From Tubulanus polymorphus (Eukaryota; Animalia; Nemertea), in assembly GCF_964204645.1 (NCBI RefSeq), contig NC_134026.1, positions 11,989,950-12,053,949 on the forward strand: 64,000 bases of DNA, written 5' to 3'. The stretch's first letter is position 1. Every line of letters begins with the position of its first letter. A program made the position numbers and the translations under genes. The notes under the pieces are model-generated. The model was not told the origin of the DNA. It worked only from the letters and a program-made list of their open reading frames with translations, and ran no database searches. Positions 1 to 10,544 of the stretch are shown in pieces.

Positions 1-37
1 TCATCACCACAAGTAATTTTTTTCCCTAATAAATGGG
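1..37 (+). repeat. Inner part of left TIR of copy A, including the T-run and ATAAATG start of the first ORF
   Basis: TCATCACCACAAGTAATTTTTTTCCCTAATAAATGGG matches the inverted copy at 15839-15875 and the copy in E (from 63139). Confidence 0.9.
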
Positions 38-359
38 AGATAGAAAAGCATTCTTAGCAACAATAAATAACAGAATAAAACCAGCAAAAAAACAATTTGA
101 AATAAAAAAGTTAGTTGATGTTACAAAAGAAATTGAACATAAAATATTGAAATTAGAAAAGATAAAAACTAAATATGGAGAGAAAGTATCAGCTAATTTA
201 AGCTACTGTAATGTTAGTACATCGCGAGAATTTAAAGTGTTTTTACCCGATAAATGGGTTTCATTGAGTATGGAGGAATTGAAAGATTTAGAAGGATTTA
301 AAATAATCTATCATGGGAAAAATGAAGACGGTCATCATGATTTAGAAATTGTTGATTAA
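33..359 (+). CDS. Small beta-rich Polinton protein (KKL...TKYG...VFLP), putative OB-fold ssDNA-binding protein
   Basis: Intact 108 aa ORF; clear homolog at 48271-48624 (NKYG, TYLPDRF, YKGKNEKGHHEI). The fold assignment is inference. Confidence 0.6.
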   Translation: MGDRKAFLATINNRIKPAKKQFEIKKLVDVTKEIEHKILKLEKIKTKYGEKVSANLSYCNVSTSREFKVFLPDKWVSLSMEELKDLEGFKIIYHGKNEDGHHDLEIVD

Positions 360-516
360 ATTTAAAAAAAATAAATTAATAAAAATAATGAATATCTAGA
401 ATCCGAAATGACTTATCTGGACAATTTAATTGCTCCACATAGATAGACAAAAGTAGTGAGATATTCAATTATTTTTTTTCATACTCATCACCACAAGTAA
501 TTTTTTTCCCTAATAA

Positions 517-1209
517 ATGGAACCAGAACAACCACAAACTATCAATATTACAAATAACACTGGCGTTATAAACATATACTACAAGAAGTGTTCTAAATGT
601 GAATTAGATAAATCATTTACAGAATTTAGTAAGCGTAAGATTAGCAAAGATGGTTTTCAAAATTGTTGTAAAACTTGTTTTAAACTATATACCAAACAAT
701 ATCGAGAAGATAATAGAGAATCTTATAATGATTATATGACAAAATATATGAGAGAAAGATATCAAACAGATCTTAATTTTAGATTGAAACAATGCTTACG
801 GTCTAGATTAACACAATTATTCAACAAAGAAACACATTCAGAAACACTATCTAATTTATTGGGTTGTTCAGATGAATTTCTCAAATCATGGATAATATAT
901 CAATTCGACGATAAAATGAATATAGATAATTATGGTGAATACTTTCATATTGATCATGTGTTGCCGATTTCTAAATTTGACATGAATGATGAATATGATA
1001 AGAAGCAAATCTAGAACTGGAGAAATTTAAGGCCTTTAGAAAAGAAAGAAAATATAATTAAATCTAACAAACTAGATATGAAATTATATTCAGAACAGTT
1101 AACAAAGGCAAAGAAATTTATTGATCAATGGAACAATAATCCAAATAATGAACGATACGTTGAGGAATCCGAAATGACTTATCTAGACAATTTAATTGCT
1201 CCGCAGTGA
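517..1209 (+). pseudogene. NCLDV-type HNH endonuclease with N-terminal CxxC zinc ribbon; in-frame TAG at 1012-1014
   Basis: KKCSKC...CCKTC, LGCS.EFLKSWI, YFHIDHVLP, then (W>stop)NWRNLRPL...ENIIKSNK; the C homolog has TGG at the stop position. Confidence 0.8.
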
Positions 1210-1245
1210 GATATTCAATTATTTTTTTGCTTTTTTTCTAAAATA

Positions 1246-1599
1246 TTAATCCATTTTTTTTATTGTCAATTTTGGAATTTCAGAAGTACTTTCATTTTTG
1301 ATAGCAGTTGGTTCAGAATTACTAATATCATGAATTTTATTTGATTTCTTATACCAATTACACCCAATCAAAATGAATACAATTACAAATCCAACTGTAA
1401 AATATAAATATTTATCAAATATTCTACTATCAGAAGGAGTAGAAATAACAATATTTTCACCATTTTTATTAACATTTTTATTACTCATTTTTTCTTTTAC
1501 AGCTTTTTTATATTCTTGTGATTTAATTCCTAATTGCCGAGACCATTCAATTTGTTTCTGAGTTCTCGGTTTTTTCTTCACTTCTTTCACCTCGCTCAT
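1246..1599 (-). CDS. Single-TM membrane protein with basic N-terminus
   Basis: 117 aa; hydrophobic YLYFTVGFVIVFILIGC; homolog at 57899-58267. Confidence 0.7.
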   Translation of the reverse strand: MSEVKEVKKKPRTQKQIEWSRQLGIKSQEYKKAVKEKMSNKNVNKNGENIVISTPSDSRIFDKYLYFTVGFVIVFILIGCNWYKKSNKIHDISNSEPTAIKNESTSEIPKLTIKKMD

Positions 1600-2137
1600 T
1601 TATTATAGAAATATTTTTACTTTCAATATTTGAAAATGTTATAACTCCAGTTGATAATAATGTCATAAATCCACCTAATTGAAATGATAAATATCCAATC
1701 CATTTATTTAATTCAGTCATAACTAAATAATCATTTTTTAAATCGGAATATAATCTATTTTCATCTTCAATTGGTAGTATATAATTACATAATTTACTAT
1801 AACCTTTTACTACATTTTCTGATATCGCGTCATTAATTCTAGCTGTTCTCGCGGCTTCATAAATCTTAAATAATCTAATAATTTCATCTGATTTCATTGT
1901 GTCTAATTCATTATAAGTTAAATTTTTACTAACAAAATTTTTACATTTTCCAGATGCTATTAATATTTCTAATTGATGTTTACAATAAAGATAATATTCA
2001 TAATTATTATTTGTTGTAACATTATTTAAAGCACCATCATCTGGAATTAATTTTGTTTCTGTTATTCCTAAATCATCTAAAGTTTTTTCAATTGGAACAT
2101 CACCATTTTTAGATTTTATTTTCTTTTCACCTACCAT
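1547..2137 (-). CDS. Conserved Polinton hypothetical protein with C-terminal hydrophobic segment
   Basis: 196 aa; homolog at 58260-58862 (LYSDLKNDYLVMTEL conserved). Confidence 0.7.
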   Translation of the reverse strand: MVGEKKIKSKNGDVPIEKTLDDLGITETKLIPDDGALNNVTTNNNYEYYLYCKHQLEILIASGKCKNFVSKNLTYNELDTMKSDEIIRLFKIYEAARTARINDAISENVVKGYSKLCNYILPIEDENRLYSDLKNDYLVMTELNKWIGYLSFQLGGFMTLLSTGVITFSNIESKNISIINERGERSEEKTENSETN

Positions 2138-2164
2138 TTATATAACAAAAAAATTAATTGTGTG

Positions 2165-2420
2165 ATGTTGCAACTAGAATTTAACTAGAATGTAACTAGA
2201 ATTCAACTAGATTAACAAGCTAGTTGAAATATTAGTGTTTTTGTTTATTTCTTGTTAAATCTAGTTGATTTTTTGTTTCAACTATTAACAACTAGAATTC
2301 AATTAGAATGTAACTAGAATTAAACTAGATTAACAAGCTAGTTAAAATATTGTTAAATCTATTTGATTTTTGTTACAACTACCAATAACTAGAATTCAAC
2401 TAGATTAACAAGCTAGTTGA
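2165..2420. repeat. Intergenic array of AACTAGAAT/AACTAGATTAACAAG units downstream of the ATPase
   Basis: Many ~10-bp AACTAGAAT units arranged in three larger blocks ending TAGATTAACAAGCTAGTT, interleaved with inverted TTGTTAAATCTA units. Confidence 0.8.
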
Positions 2421-2422
2421 AT

Positions 2423-3031
2423 TTAAATAAATTCATATTTAAATGGGTGTTGTAATCTAAATAGTAATTTTGATCTTTTAATATTTTTCAACTTATCCAT
2501 ATATTCATTATGTAAATCATGTGGAATAATATCATTTTCCTCAAGTGCATTTTTCATCGATTTTCTATCTTTATTGTAGAATAAAACTAGAAATCTAATG
2601 TTTTCTCTAAAATCTTTAACAATTGAATTATATTTTTGATTTAAAACCCAAGTTGTTATCCCAAAATGTCTTCCAGAGAAAGCCAAATAACATAACTCAC
2701 TTTCTCTAACTTTTGAATCATGTAGATTAGCACAATCATCTATGATAAATAATGTATTTGATCCTTTATAAATATCAATTGCTATTTTTATACAATTATC
2801 TAAATTTTCTTTTACTGTTTTAGGATCTAATATAATAAATTTATTATTTCTAGTAATGTTTCTATCATAAGTTTGATTAAATTCATATGTTGGACAAAAT
2901 AATACTATATTATCAAAATAGTTTTTGTAAACAGTTTCTAATAAATTTAATATAAAATAAGTTTTTCCACAATTTGTTACACCAGAAATTAACATATTAT
3001 GAGGCTCAAATATGAATAATTCCTTATTCAT
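2423..3031 (-). CDS. ATP: A32/FtsK-like DNA packaging ATPase
   Basis: Walker A GVTNCGKT, Walker B LFIIDD, GRHFGIT arginine motif, sensor Q in VLNQ. Confidence 0.93.
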   Translation of the reverse strand: MNKELFIFEPHNMLISGVTNCGKTYFILNLLETVYKNYFDNIVLFCPTYEFNQTYDRNITRNNKFIILDPKTVKENLDNCIKIAIDIYKGSNTLFIIDDCANLHDSKVRESELCYLAFSGRHFGITTWVLNQKYNSIVKDFRENIRFLVLFYNKDRKSMKNALEENDIIPHDLHNEYMDKLKNIKRSKLLFRLQHPFKYEFI

Positions 3032-4160
3032 TTATATATTTTTAATTTTACTTGATAATATCCATTCATTAAATTTATCCGGCCATCCAACCCATTTTAC
3101 TAAAGAATATTTTTTTCTTTTAACAGTTTTTGTTTTTAATACTTTTTCAATTTTATATTCTTGTTCTAGATTTTCAGTAGTTAAACTTAATTCTTCTTCG
3201 TAAAAGTAGCCATCAACTTCTTCACCATCTAAATCTTCTAATTTATAGACATATGGTTTTGTTGTTATTACCTTTTTTATTTTATATATTTCTCTAGTAA
3301 AATTTCGATCGTATCCTTTATCAAATATCTTTTTATACTTAGAAATTCTAACATTTTGACCAACTTTAAATTTAGGTTCACCAAAATCATCTACAAGAAA
3401 TGCTCCATATAAATTATTCCAAACAATTTCAGCATTTTCAGGTTTTCTAGCATCAATAGGTTTCATTCCAATAGAAGAATGATAAGAATTATTATATCCT
3501 TCTATAAATTTTGGTAAAACATCAATCCATTTATAAGTATTATTTGCTGTGAAATATTTTGATATTCTTGTTCTCAATGTTCTATTAAATCGTTCAACAA
3601 CTGCTGCTTTTTTATCCGATTTTGTTGAAAAATATTTAATATTATGAAAATCTAAAAGTCCATGAACTAATGAATTATCAAATTCTTTTCCATCATCAAA
3701 TTGAATTTTTTTCTGGTTTTAGTTTACCACCTGAAAGAAATTTTCTTAAAACATGTGATGTTTGTGCAGCATCTTTTCTATAAAGTGGGAAGCTCCATAC
3801 ATAACGACTAAAAATATCAATTATATTCAATATCCACCAATAATCATTATTATCTTTTTTAAGATTTTTCATATCAATTAAATCTCCTTGCCACTGTTGA
3901 TCTACATAACTTACCATAGTTTTACGAGTTTTATATTTTCTAACAATTTTTTTATGTGTTGTATATGTTGGTTGTTCTAACATAAATTCATTTATATCTT
4001 TGTATTTAACTAAATTTTGTGGGATTATCTTATCTAATTTATCTAGTTTTACTTTACGCCATATATTTTTAGTAGAAGAATAAGCAACCGAACTCTCAGG
4101 GTTGTAATATAAATTTCTTAAATATTGTTCTTTAGTATTAGGAGTTTTTTTACCACTCAT
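3032..4160 (-). pseudogene. INT: Retroviral-like DDE integrase with C-terminal chromodomain; frameshift near 3710 in a homopolymer
   Basis: WQGDL, IDIFSRY, QFDDGKEF, VVERFNRT; chromodomain YKIEKVL...LVKWVGWPDKFNEWI; split over ORFs 3696-4160 and 3032-3577. Confidence 0.92.
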
Positions 4161-4190
4161 TTATATATCCTTAATTTTAACTTTATATTT

Positions 4191-5438
4191 CTAATATTGA
4201 ATACTATCTAATTGTGAATTTACAATATTTAATTGTGCGTCAGATATAATATAAATATGCATTTTAAAATTTTTGATTCCCTTTTTCTTTTTCATAAATA
4301 ATTGGATCCCATCTTTTGTATTTTGTAATTTTATCCCAGAACCATGTAATGAATTATCTTCAGTTGTTCTAAAATCTACCCATAATGCATATTTATTACC
4401 GGTATAATAATCAATTTGATTAATGTTACAATTTTCAAATGATTTTACTTTTTCATTCATAAAATGTTTTTTAATTTCTACCCATTGATCTATCATTCTC
4501 ATTGCTTGACAAAATATTTTATTTGCTATTCCTTCGATAGTTATTTCTACTTTTGTTATTTCAGGATTATAATAATTATCAACATTTATTGCGCCATTAG
4601 TATACGTTCCAATAGTAAAAAATATTAATATACCTTTAATAGATCTTCTAGGAAAGTTAATATTCTCATTTATTATTTCATCATTTGCATTAATAGTTAC
4701 AGTTTTAAATTTATCAATATAATCATATAATAATGAAAATCCTTGATTGTATTGAGTTTGAATTGTTCTAGCAATATTTTCATCAGTTACTGTATCATAT
4801 TCTAAACATATATTCGATAATTTATAACTCATATCTTTATTAACGCTAGATAATACAATTTCATTTACAGGAGCAAATGTTATCTCAAATATAATATCTT
4901 CTTGAATTGCGTATTTATATAAAGGAGCATTATTATTTATCAATTCAAAGTCTAATGGAATTTTATATTTGCTTCCATATATACTTTTTATCAATTTATC
5001 TACATCATTAGTTAATATTGCGCTATTAGCTTCTGATCTTAATTTATTTTGGTTTTCTGATTGGATTCCTTGAAATATCATATTATTTCTATTTTCTTTT
5101 GTTAACCATAAATCTTTATAGTGCATAAATAAATTATAATCATCTAATGAGAAAACTGTTTCTGGTCCAATCTTTATTGTTAACTTTTTAATCAAATATC
5201 TTCCAACATTATCAACAACATAATTATTATTATTACCGATTACTTTTATATCGGCTGATAAATAAATACTGTTTGGAACATAAAAAGTATTTTGTGTTAA
5301 TCTAGGAATTCTAACGTATAAAGTTTCATCAGGATTAATATTTGAAGGGTTATGAGTAATTATATGATGTGATCTTTCTGCTTTAATAGCATTAGATATT
5401 CTAGAAATCTTAGAAGGACTTATATAACTCCCACTCAT
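4191..5438 (-). CDS. PY: Major capsid protein (double jelly-roll), intact 415 aa
   Basis: Size, position and beta-rich motifs (YKIPLDF, FEITFAP, YKLSNICLEYD, PRRSIKGIL, YALWVDFRT, LHGSG); near-identical copy at 53831-55078. Confidence 0.85.
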   Translation of the reverse strand: MSGSYISPSKISRISNAIKAERSHHIITHNPSNINPDETLYVRIPRLTQNTFYVPNSIYLSADIKVIGNNNNYVVDNVGRYLIKKLTIKIGPETVFSLDDYNLFMHYKDLWLTKENRNNMIFQGIQSENQNKLRSEANSAILTNDVDKLIKSIYGSKYKIPLDFELINNNAPLYKYAIQEDIIFEITFAPVNEIVLSSVNKDMSYKLSNICLEYDTVTDENIARTIQTQYNQGFSLLYDYIDKFKTVTINANDEIINENINFPRRSIKGILIFFTIGTYTNGAINVDNYYNPEITKVEITIEGIANKIFCQAMRMIDQWVEIKKHFMNEKVKSFENCNINQIDYYTGNKYALWVDFRTTEDNSLHGSGIKLQNTKDGIQLFMKKKKGIKNFKMHIYIISDAQLNIVNSQLDSIQY

Positions 5439-5458
5439 TTATTTAACAAAAAAATTAA

Positions 5459-6879
5459 TTATTTATTTTTTATCATGTTTACTAACCCAAAAATAATAGC
5501 ACTTACAACTGTAATTAAAAATAAAATAATATGTTCAGCAGCAAAGTTAATAATGTTTCCTGCAGATTTCAATATAAAACCAACAATTGAAGCAATAACT
5601 CCTGGTAAAGCTGCAGCAGATTTCTTTGATAGTTCCCATAAATATTTTGCTAATTTCTTTAAACCATCTTTAACTTTATCTTGTATAGAATTATTACCTG
5701 GAGGTTTATCCGGTTTATTGGGAGTAGGAGTAGATTTCAAAGCATTTGATATTGCTAAACCAATTGTTGTAAATAACATAGTAACAGCTGTTAGAATTGA
5801 AAGAATTGTTATTCCTTCAAACTTAAATAATAATTTTATTCTATCTTTCAATGATATTCTAGAATCTGGTTTTATTAGATATCTTTTAAAAACATCTTTT
5901 AATCTATCAATATTATAATCATATGATTTTAATAATGATTTAATTTCTTTTTTTTGTAATTCTATGTTATATTCTAAATCATCTTTTTCTTTTTCTAAAC
6001 GTAATTCTTTTTGCCTATATTCTATTTCATCAATTACTTGATAATCTAAATCAGACTTTAATTGTTCTATTTCTTTATTTTTATCAGTTAATTCTTTTTC
6101 TAAAGTTCTAATTTTAAAATCTCTTATACTTTTATCATGCGCAATTTTATCAGCTTCATTTCTTATACTAATAATTTCTCTAATTGCTTTATCAGAAAAT
6201 ATATCTAAATCTTCTAATTGTTGATCTGTTGCATCAAGTAATCCATTTGGTAAAAGTTTTTCAGTTTGAACTTCTCTTGAATTAGGTTTACTATTTTTGG
6301 AATTAATAACTTCTTTAGGAATTTTTTTTTGTCTTAAATTTGCATTAATTATATCAAAAAATTTAGCATTTCTTTGTTTAAATTCTTTTATATTATCATC
6401 TCTTTCTTCTTGTGTAACATCAGTTATAACATCATCAATGATTTTCTTAATTCTATCTGGTTTAAATTAAAAGTTGATTGTGTTATTATTTTATCGCTAC
6501 TTTTAAGATTTGAAATCTTAAAATAATAGTCGCCTTTCAATTTCCAATAATAATCACCATTTAAATATTTTAAATCTTTTACTAAATAATCCATACCTTT
6601 ATTTGTTATATTGAAACCAGATCTTTTTAATATTGGTTTAAATTCGTGAATAATTTCATTATAATTGTATTCTTTTTCTGTTATTTCTGGTACTTCATTT
6701 TCAATACTTATCTTTGAACGTGTTTTGTCAATATATTGAGGTGTAGTTAAATTAGAATTATATGCTGTTTCATTACCATCATTAAAACTTGTTTCATCAA
6801 AATCAGGTGGTTGTTCATCAGTTATACCAGGTTCATCAAAAGGATCCATTCCAATATCTTCTACACCTTCTACTTCCAT
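5459..6879 (-). pseudogene. Large acidic/coiled-coil protein with hydrophobic C-terminal helices (putative membrane-active virion protein), fragmented
   Basis: Acidic N-terminus (DFDETSF), KE-rich coiled coil, C-terminal EGITILSILTA...AALPGVIASIVGFIL...; same layout in B and C. Confidence 0.7.
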
Positions 6880-6895
6880 TTATATAATAAAAAAA

Positions 6896-8203
6896 TTAAA
6901 ATTTAAAATATAATATTCCTCCGATTACAATTCCTATACAAGTTATAGCTAATTTAGTATTTTCATGGGATTTATTATCATCATTTTGTTTAATTATATC
7001 ATTTTGAATTTTATCAGTTCTATTATTTTCTGATGTATTGTAATCTTTTATTTTAGAATCATTAACCAATTTAATATTCTTAGTTTTAGTTTCTGTTGAT
7101 TGAATATGTTTTTTATTTTTTTCACCTTCCATTAATTTTGGAGCAGTAATAATCTTTTTATTTATATCATTCAATCCAAATGAATTATTTATTGTTGCAG
7201 TTTTAATTAGATTATTATAACCAATTATGTTTCCCATCTTTAATACTAAATCATTAGAAATAATTAATAGATTAGGGCCTATACAATAATTAAGTCTTAC
7301 ATGAGATTTATCTAAATAATTTTGATATCTTATAATGTTTTCTGGAATCGATCTATTTTTATCATCATGTATGGAATCTTCAAATAATACTTTGAATTGT
7401 TTCTGCGCATCGAATGAAGTGTTATCATTTCCAATTATTGGGGATCTTGTTTCAACTTGGGCGCCTAGAATACATATCAAATAAATTCTAATAGATTGAT
7501 TTATTCTTTGTATACCTGATTTTGTAAAACCTTCACCATTTTCTAAAATGAAATTAACCCAACCATTATTATTATCAATTTTATGATTATGATAAGCTGA
7601 AATTCTATGCATATAATCAATTCTTTTTATTTCATACTCTTCACCAACACTTTGCAATTTACCATGCGCTCTGAAATCGGAATTAATATTTATATTAAAT
7701 TCATTACATATTTTATAAAACTTAGATATATTAATATTATTATCCAATTCTTTAAAATATTTAGACCCGGGTAAAGGACATTCTAATTCATTTAATATTA
7801 TTCTGATTTGAAAATATGTGTGAAATCTAAATATTGTGTGAATTAATTTTAAATCAGAATACTTCAAATTTTTATCTAAGTTATTTAAATGATCATTCCA
7901 ACTTATTCCACATCCTGTTGTTGCACAATAAACAGCAAAATTTAATTGATTCTGCCAATATTTCATATTAGATTTTACTTTATATATATGATATTCATCC
8001 CGAGTAAAAGTAACTTCATATGTATTAAATATATTTTCCATTTTAGAAATAAAAAACTGTGATTCATTAACATAAATTTCTAAATTAGTTAATGAATTTA
8101 AAACTATATTTTTATATGTAATATTTTTCTTAAAATCTATTGCCGGAATATTATATTTAATTGATTTATTATATTGGAAAGCTTTTGGAAAACTATCTGC
8201 CAT
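6896..8203 (-). CDS. Conserved Polinton protein (YWQNQLNFAVYCAT motif) with C-terminal TM anchor
   Basis: Intact 435 aa; ends LAITCIGIVIGGILYFKF; homolog at 50894-52309. Confidence 0.75.
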   Translation of the reverse strand: MADSFPKAFQYNKSIKYNIPAIDFKKNITYKNIVLNSLTNLEIYVNESQFFISKMENIFNTYEVTFTRDEYHIYKVKSNMKYWQNQLNFAVYCATTGCGISWNDHLNNLDKNLKYSDLKLIHTIFRFHTYFQIRIILNELECPLPGSKYFKELDNNINISKFYKICNEFNININSDFRAHGKLQSVGEEYEIKRIDYMHRISAYHNHKIDNNNGWVNFILENGEGFTKSGIQRINQSIRIYLICILGAQVETRSPIIGNDNTSFDAQKQFKVLFEDSIHDDKNRSIPENIIRYQNYLDKSHVRLNYCIGPNLLIISNDLVLKMGNIIGYNNLIKTATINNSFGLNDINKKIITAPKLMEGEKNKKHIQSTETKTKNIKLVNDSKIKDYNTSENNRTDKIQNDIIKQNDDNKSHENTKLAITCIGIVIGGILYFKF

Positions 8204-8219
8204 TTATATAATTAAAAAA

Positions 8220-8654
8220 TTAATAATTTATTAATTCTTTTAATAATTTATCTTGTTCTTCAACTGTTATATGACCATTTAAACTTATTATATAATCTAG
8301 TGTGTTCTTTAATTTATTAATTTCTTTTATATTAGTTTTGATTTTTTCTTTATTACTTTTTATATTTAATTTTGAACTTATACCGGTTAAAACACTTGAA
8401 CTTAATCCTAACACACCAATTGATATAGCTAAAGGTGTTAATGGACTGAATATTGCTAGAAATGTTATTACAGAACTAATTGTAACCGAACCACTTATAA
8501 TCAAATAATATATAATTTTACTTTTTAAATATTTTTTCTTTTTTATCTTTAAGTCACTTTCAAATTCTAATATTTGTTTTTCTAAATATGTTTTTAATTT
8601 AGTTTTATTTATATCATGAGGAATAATATCAATACTATCAACTTTATCTTCCAT
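8220..8654 (-). CDS. Two-TM small membrane protein
   Basis: 144 aa; two hydrophobic stretches flanked by Lys-rich helices; homolog at 50442-50877. Confidence 0.75.
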   Translation of the reverse strand: MEDKVDSIDIIPHDINKTKLKTYLEKQILEFESDLKIKKKKYLKSKIIYYLIISGSVTISSVITFLAIFSPLTPLAISIGVLGLSSSVLTGISSKLNIKSNKEKIKTNIKEINKLKNTLDYIISLNGHITVEEQDKLLKELINY

Positions 8655-8673
8655 TTATTTAGAATAAAAATTA

Positions 8674-9096
8674 CTAATTAGTAAACTTATAAGCAACAAA
8701 TATAACAATAACTGTTCCACCTAAAATCCAAATTATTTCATATTTCTGTTGTTCTTTACTTGGGGTATAATAATCTGATAATTTGGGTTTGTATAGATGT
8801 AATTTTTCCTTATTTGTTACTGCGTTATATAAACTCATAGCATCATCAACTGATTGAAAATCTCTATGTGAAATCTTCTGATCATATAATTCTTTATTGA
8901 TGTAATCCATATAGTTTTGTCTTTTTTCTCTATATTCTTCTGCAGCTTTATTGTATTTCTCTAACGCTAAGTTATGTCTTCTTTGTTCTCCTAATGAACT
9001 ATTTTTATCAATATGTTTAAATAAATAACCACCACCAGTAAATGCTAAAGCGTTAACAATTGCCGATCCTATAATAGTTATAATTGCAGAAGCCAT
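8674..9096 (-). CDS. Small protein with hydrophobic N- and C-termini (NALAFTG...RHNLALE family)
   Basis: 140 aa; one aa difference from 49999-50421. Confidence 0.8.
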   Translation of the reverse strand: MASAIITIIGSAIVNALAFTGGGYLFKHIDKNSSLGEQRRHNLALEKYNKAAEEYREKRQNYMDYINKELYDQKISHRDFQSVDDAMSLYNAVTNKEKLHLYKPKLSDYYTPSKEQQKYEIIWILGGTVIVIFVAYKFTN

Positions 9097-9121
9097 TTAT
9101 TTAACAAAAAAAATTATGCAT

Positions 9122-9343
9122 TTATATGGGAGGAATATATTTTTGTTTTTCCAAATAATCAATTGTTAAATTAGATAAAGTAACTGCTAACGTTAATTTC
9201 AAAATATCATTTATATCAAATCTGTCAACATTAACACTTCCCATTTTGAATACTTTTTTTAATACCATTGAATAACCAACAGTTCCAACTGATAGTAATG
9301 CGCCATTATATAATCCAGTTATTATCCACTTATTATCACTCAT
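9122..9343 (-). CDS. 73 aa small membrane protein
   Basis: Identical in protein sequence to 49753-49974; two hydrophobic segments. Confidence 0.8.
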   Translation of the reverse strand: MSDNKWIITGLYNGALLSVGTVGYSMVLKKVFKMGSVNVDRFDINDILKLTLAVTLSNLTIDYLEKQKYIPPI

Positions 9344-9700
9344 TTATTTATCAAAAAAATTACTATCATCAAAATATTTAGTTATCTTATTTATGATTAT
9401 TTCAACATTTATTTTATTACTAGTTTCATTTGTATATATTTCAATTATTATTTTTTTAATATCATCGATTATAAAATCTTCATCTAATTCATAAAATCTT
9501 AAAGATTCTCTAATTAAATTAGTAATATTTTCTACATTTAAAGTTTCTTTATCTATTGTTGTTTCATACTCAAATGTTGTTTCATTAGAAAATGCAATAT
9601 TTTTGATATGTGTAATTACATCATTAATGTTAAATTTCATTTCTTTCTCACGTTTAAAATCAAATCCAAAACATATACTCGGTCCAACAGTTATATTCAT
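9344..9700 (-). CDS. Hypothetical protein
   Basis: 118 aa; N- and C-termini conserved with 49411-49752, middle divergent. Confidence 0.7.
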   Translation of the reverse strand: MNITVGPSICFGFDFKREKEMKFNINDVITHIKNIAFSNETTFEYETTIDKETLNVENITNLIRESLRFYELDEDFIIDDIKKIIIEIYTNETSNKINVEIIINKITKYFDDSNFFDK

Positions 9701-9716
9701 TTATATAATAAAAAAA

Positions 9717-10475
9717 TTACTCTTTACATCTTATAACTAATTCATATATCACAGGAAAGTTATTTAAATCAATTAAGTATCCATTATGATTTCTTATTTC
9801 TAATTTAAAATTATTAAATTTAGGAATGCAAGGTTTGAAATCACATTCAGTTAAATTATAATTTATTTGCGTTCCAAATTGTTTAACATTTTTTAATGGT
9901 AAAATATTTAATATACTAGAATTACAAATTGTTTCTTTAGTTGCTTCGAAAGTTTTGTAGGCTCGATTAAATTGCAATAAATATAAAAGTGTGTAAAAGG
10001 TATTATATTTGAGCTGCCTTCTGCGTTTACTGTAACAACATCTGGTTCAATTCCTAGCAATTTAGCTATAGGTTTTTTTTACCATAAATGCATGTTGACT
10101 TTCATCAAATACTTTTATTTTAATTCTATTTGAGCTATCACTTTTACTAAATTTAATTAAAAATTTATCATCTTTTCCGAGTTTTAATCGTGCTCTCCGA
10201 TTAATTTCCTGGGCTAATGTTTCTAAATTATATAACCCTGGTCTTAGAAATAGATGAAACCATTTATTTATACTTCTAATATGAATTAAAAAAGTATTAT
10301 GTTCAATAGTTTTATTCGATATATTGTAAAAAGAATTACATAAACTTATATTAACTAATTTTAAATCTACACAATTCTTAAATTCTCTATCTAATTGTAC
10401 TAGTAAATTATGTGATTTATAATTTGTAAGCCTTCTAGAATCAACAAATATTCTGTATTCTTTTAATTCCACCAT
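9717..10475 (-). pseudogene. PX: Minor capsid protein (penton, single jelly-roll), frameshifted
   Basis: PGLYNL.TLA.EIN and LEIRNHNGYLIDLNNFPVIYEL motifs; intact homolog at 48642-49394. Confidence 0.8.
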
Positions 10476-10544
10476 TTATTTATAACATAAAAAAATTACC
10501 GCTCATCACTAAAAATTAATTTTAATAAAATTTTTCTTAAATAA

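Noticed and set aside
3700-3720. Programmed ribosomal frameshift in the integrase (and other homopolymer frameshifts)
   Set aside because: Breaks fall at different positions in A, B and C, and other copies are open at the same sites, so decay or sequencing indels explain them better.
5475-5918. Antisense ORFs (also 19244-19762, 53290-53757, 8302-8508, 13086-13271, 59611-59898)
   Set aside because: Shadows of real genes on the opposite strand; they lack the ATAAATG start and recognisable motifs.
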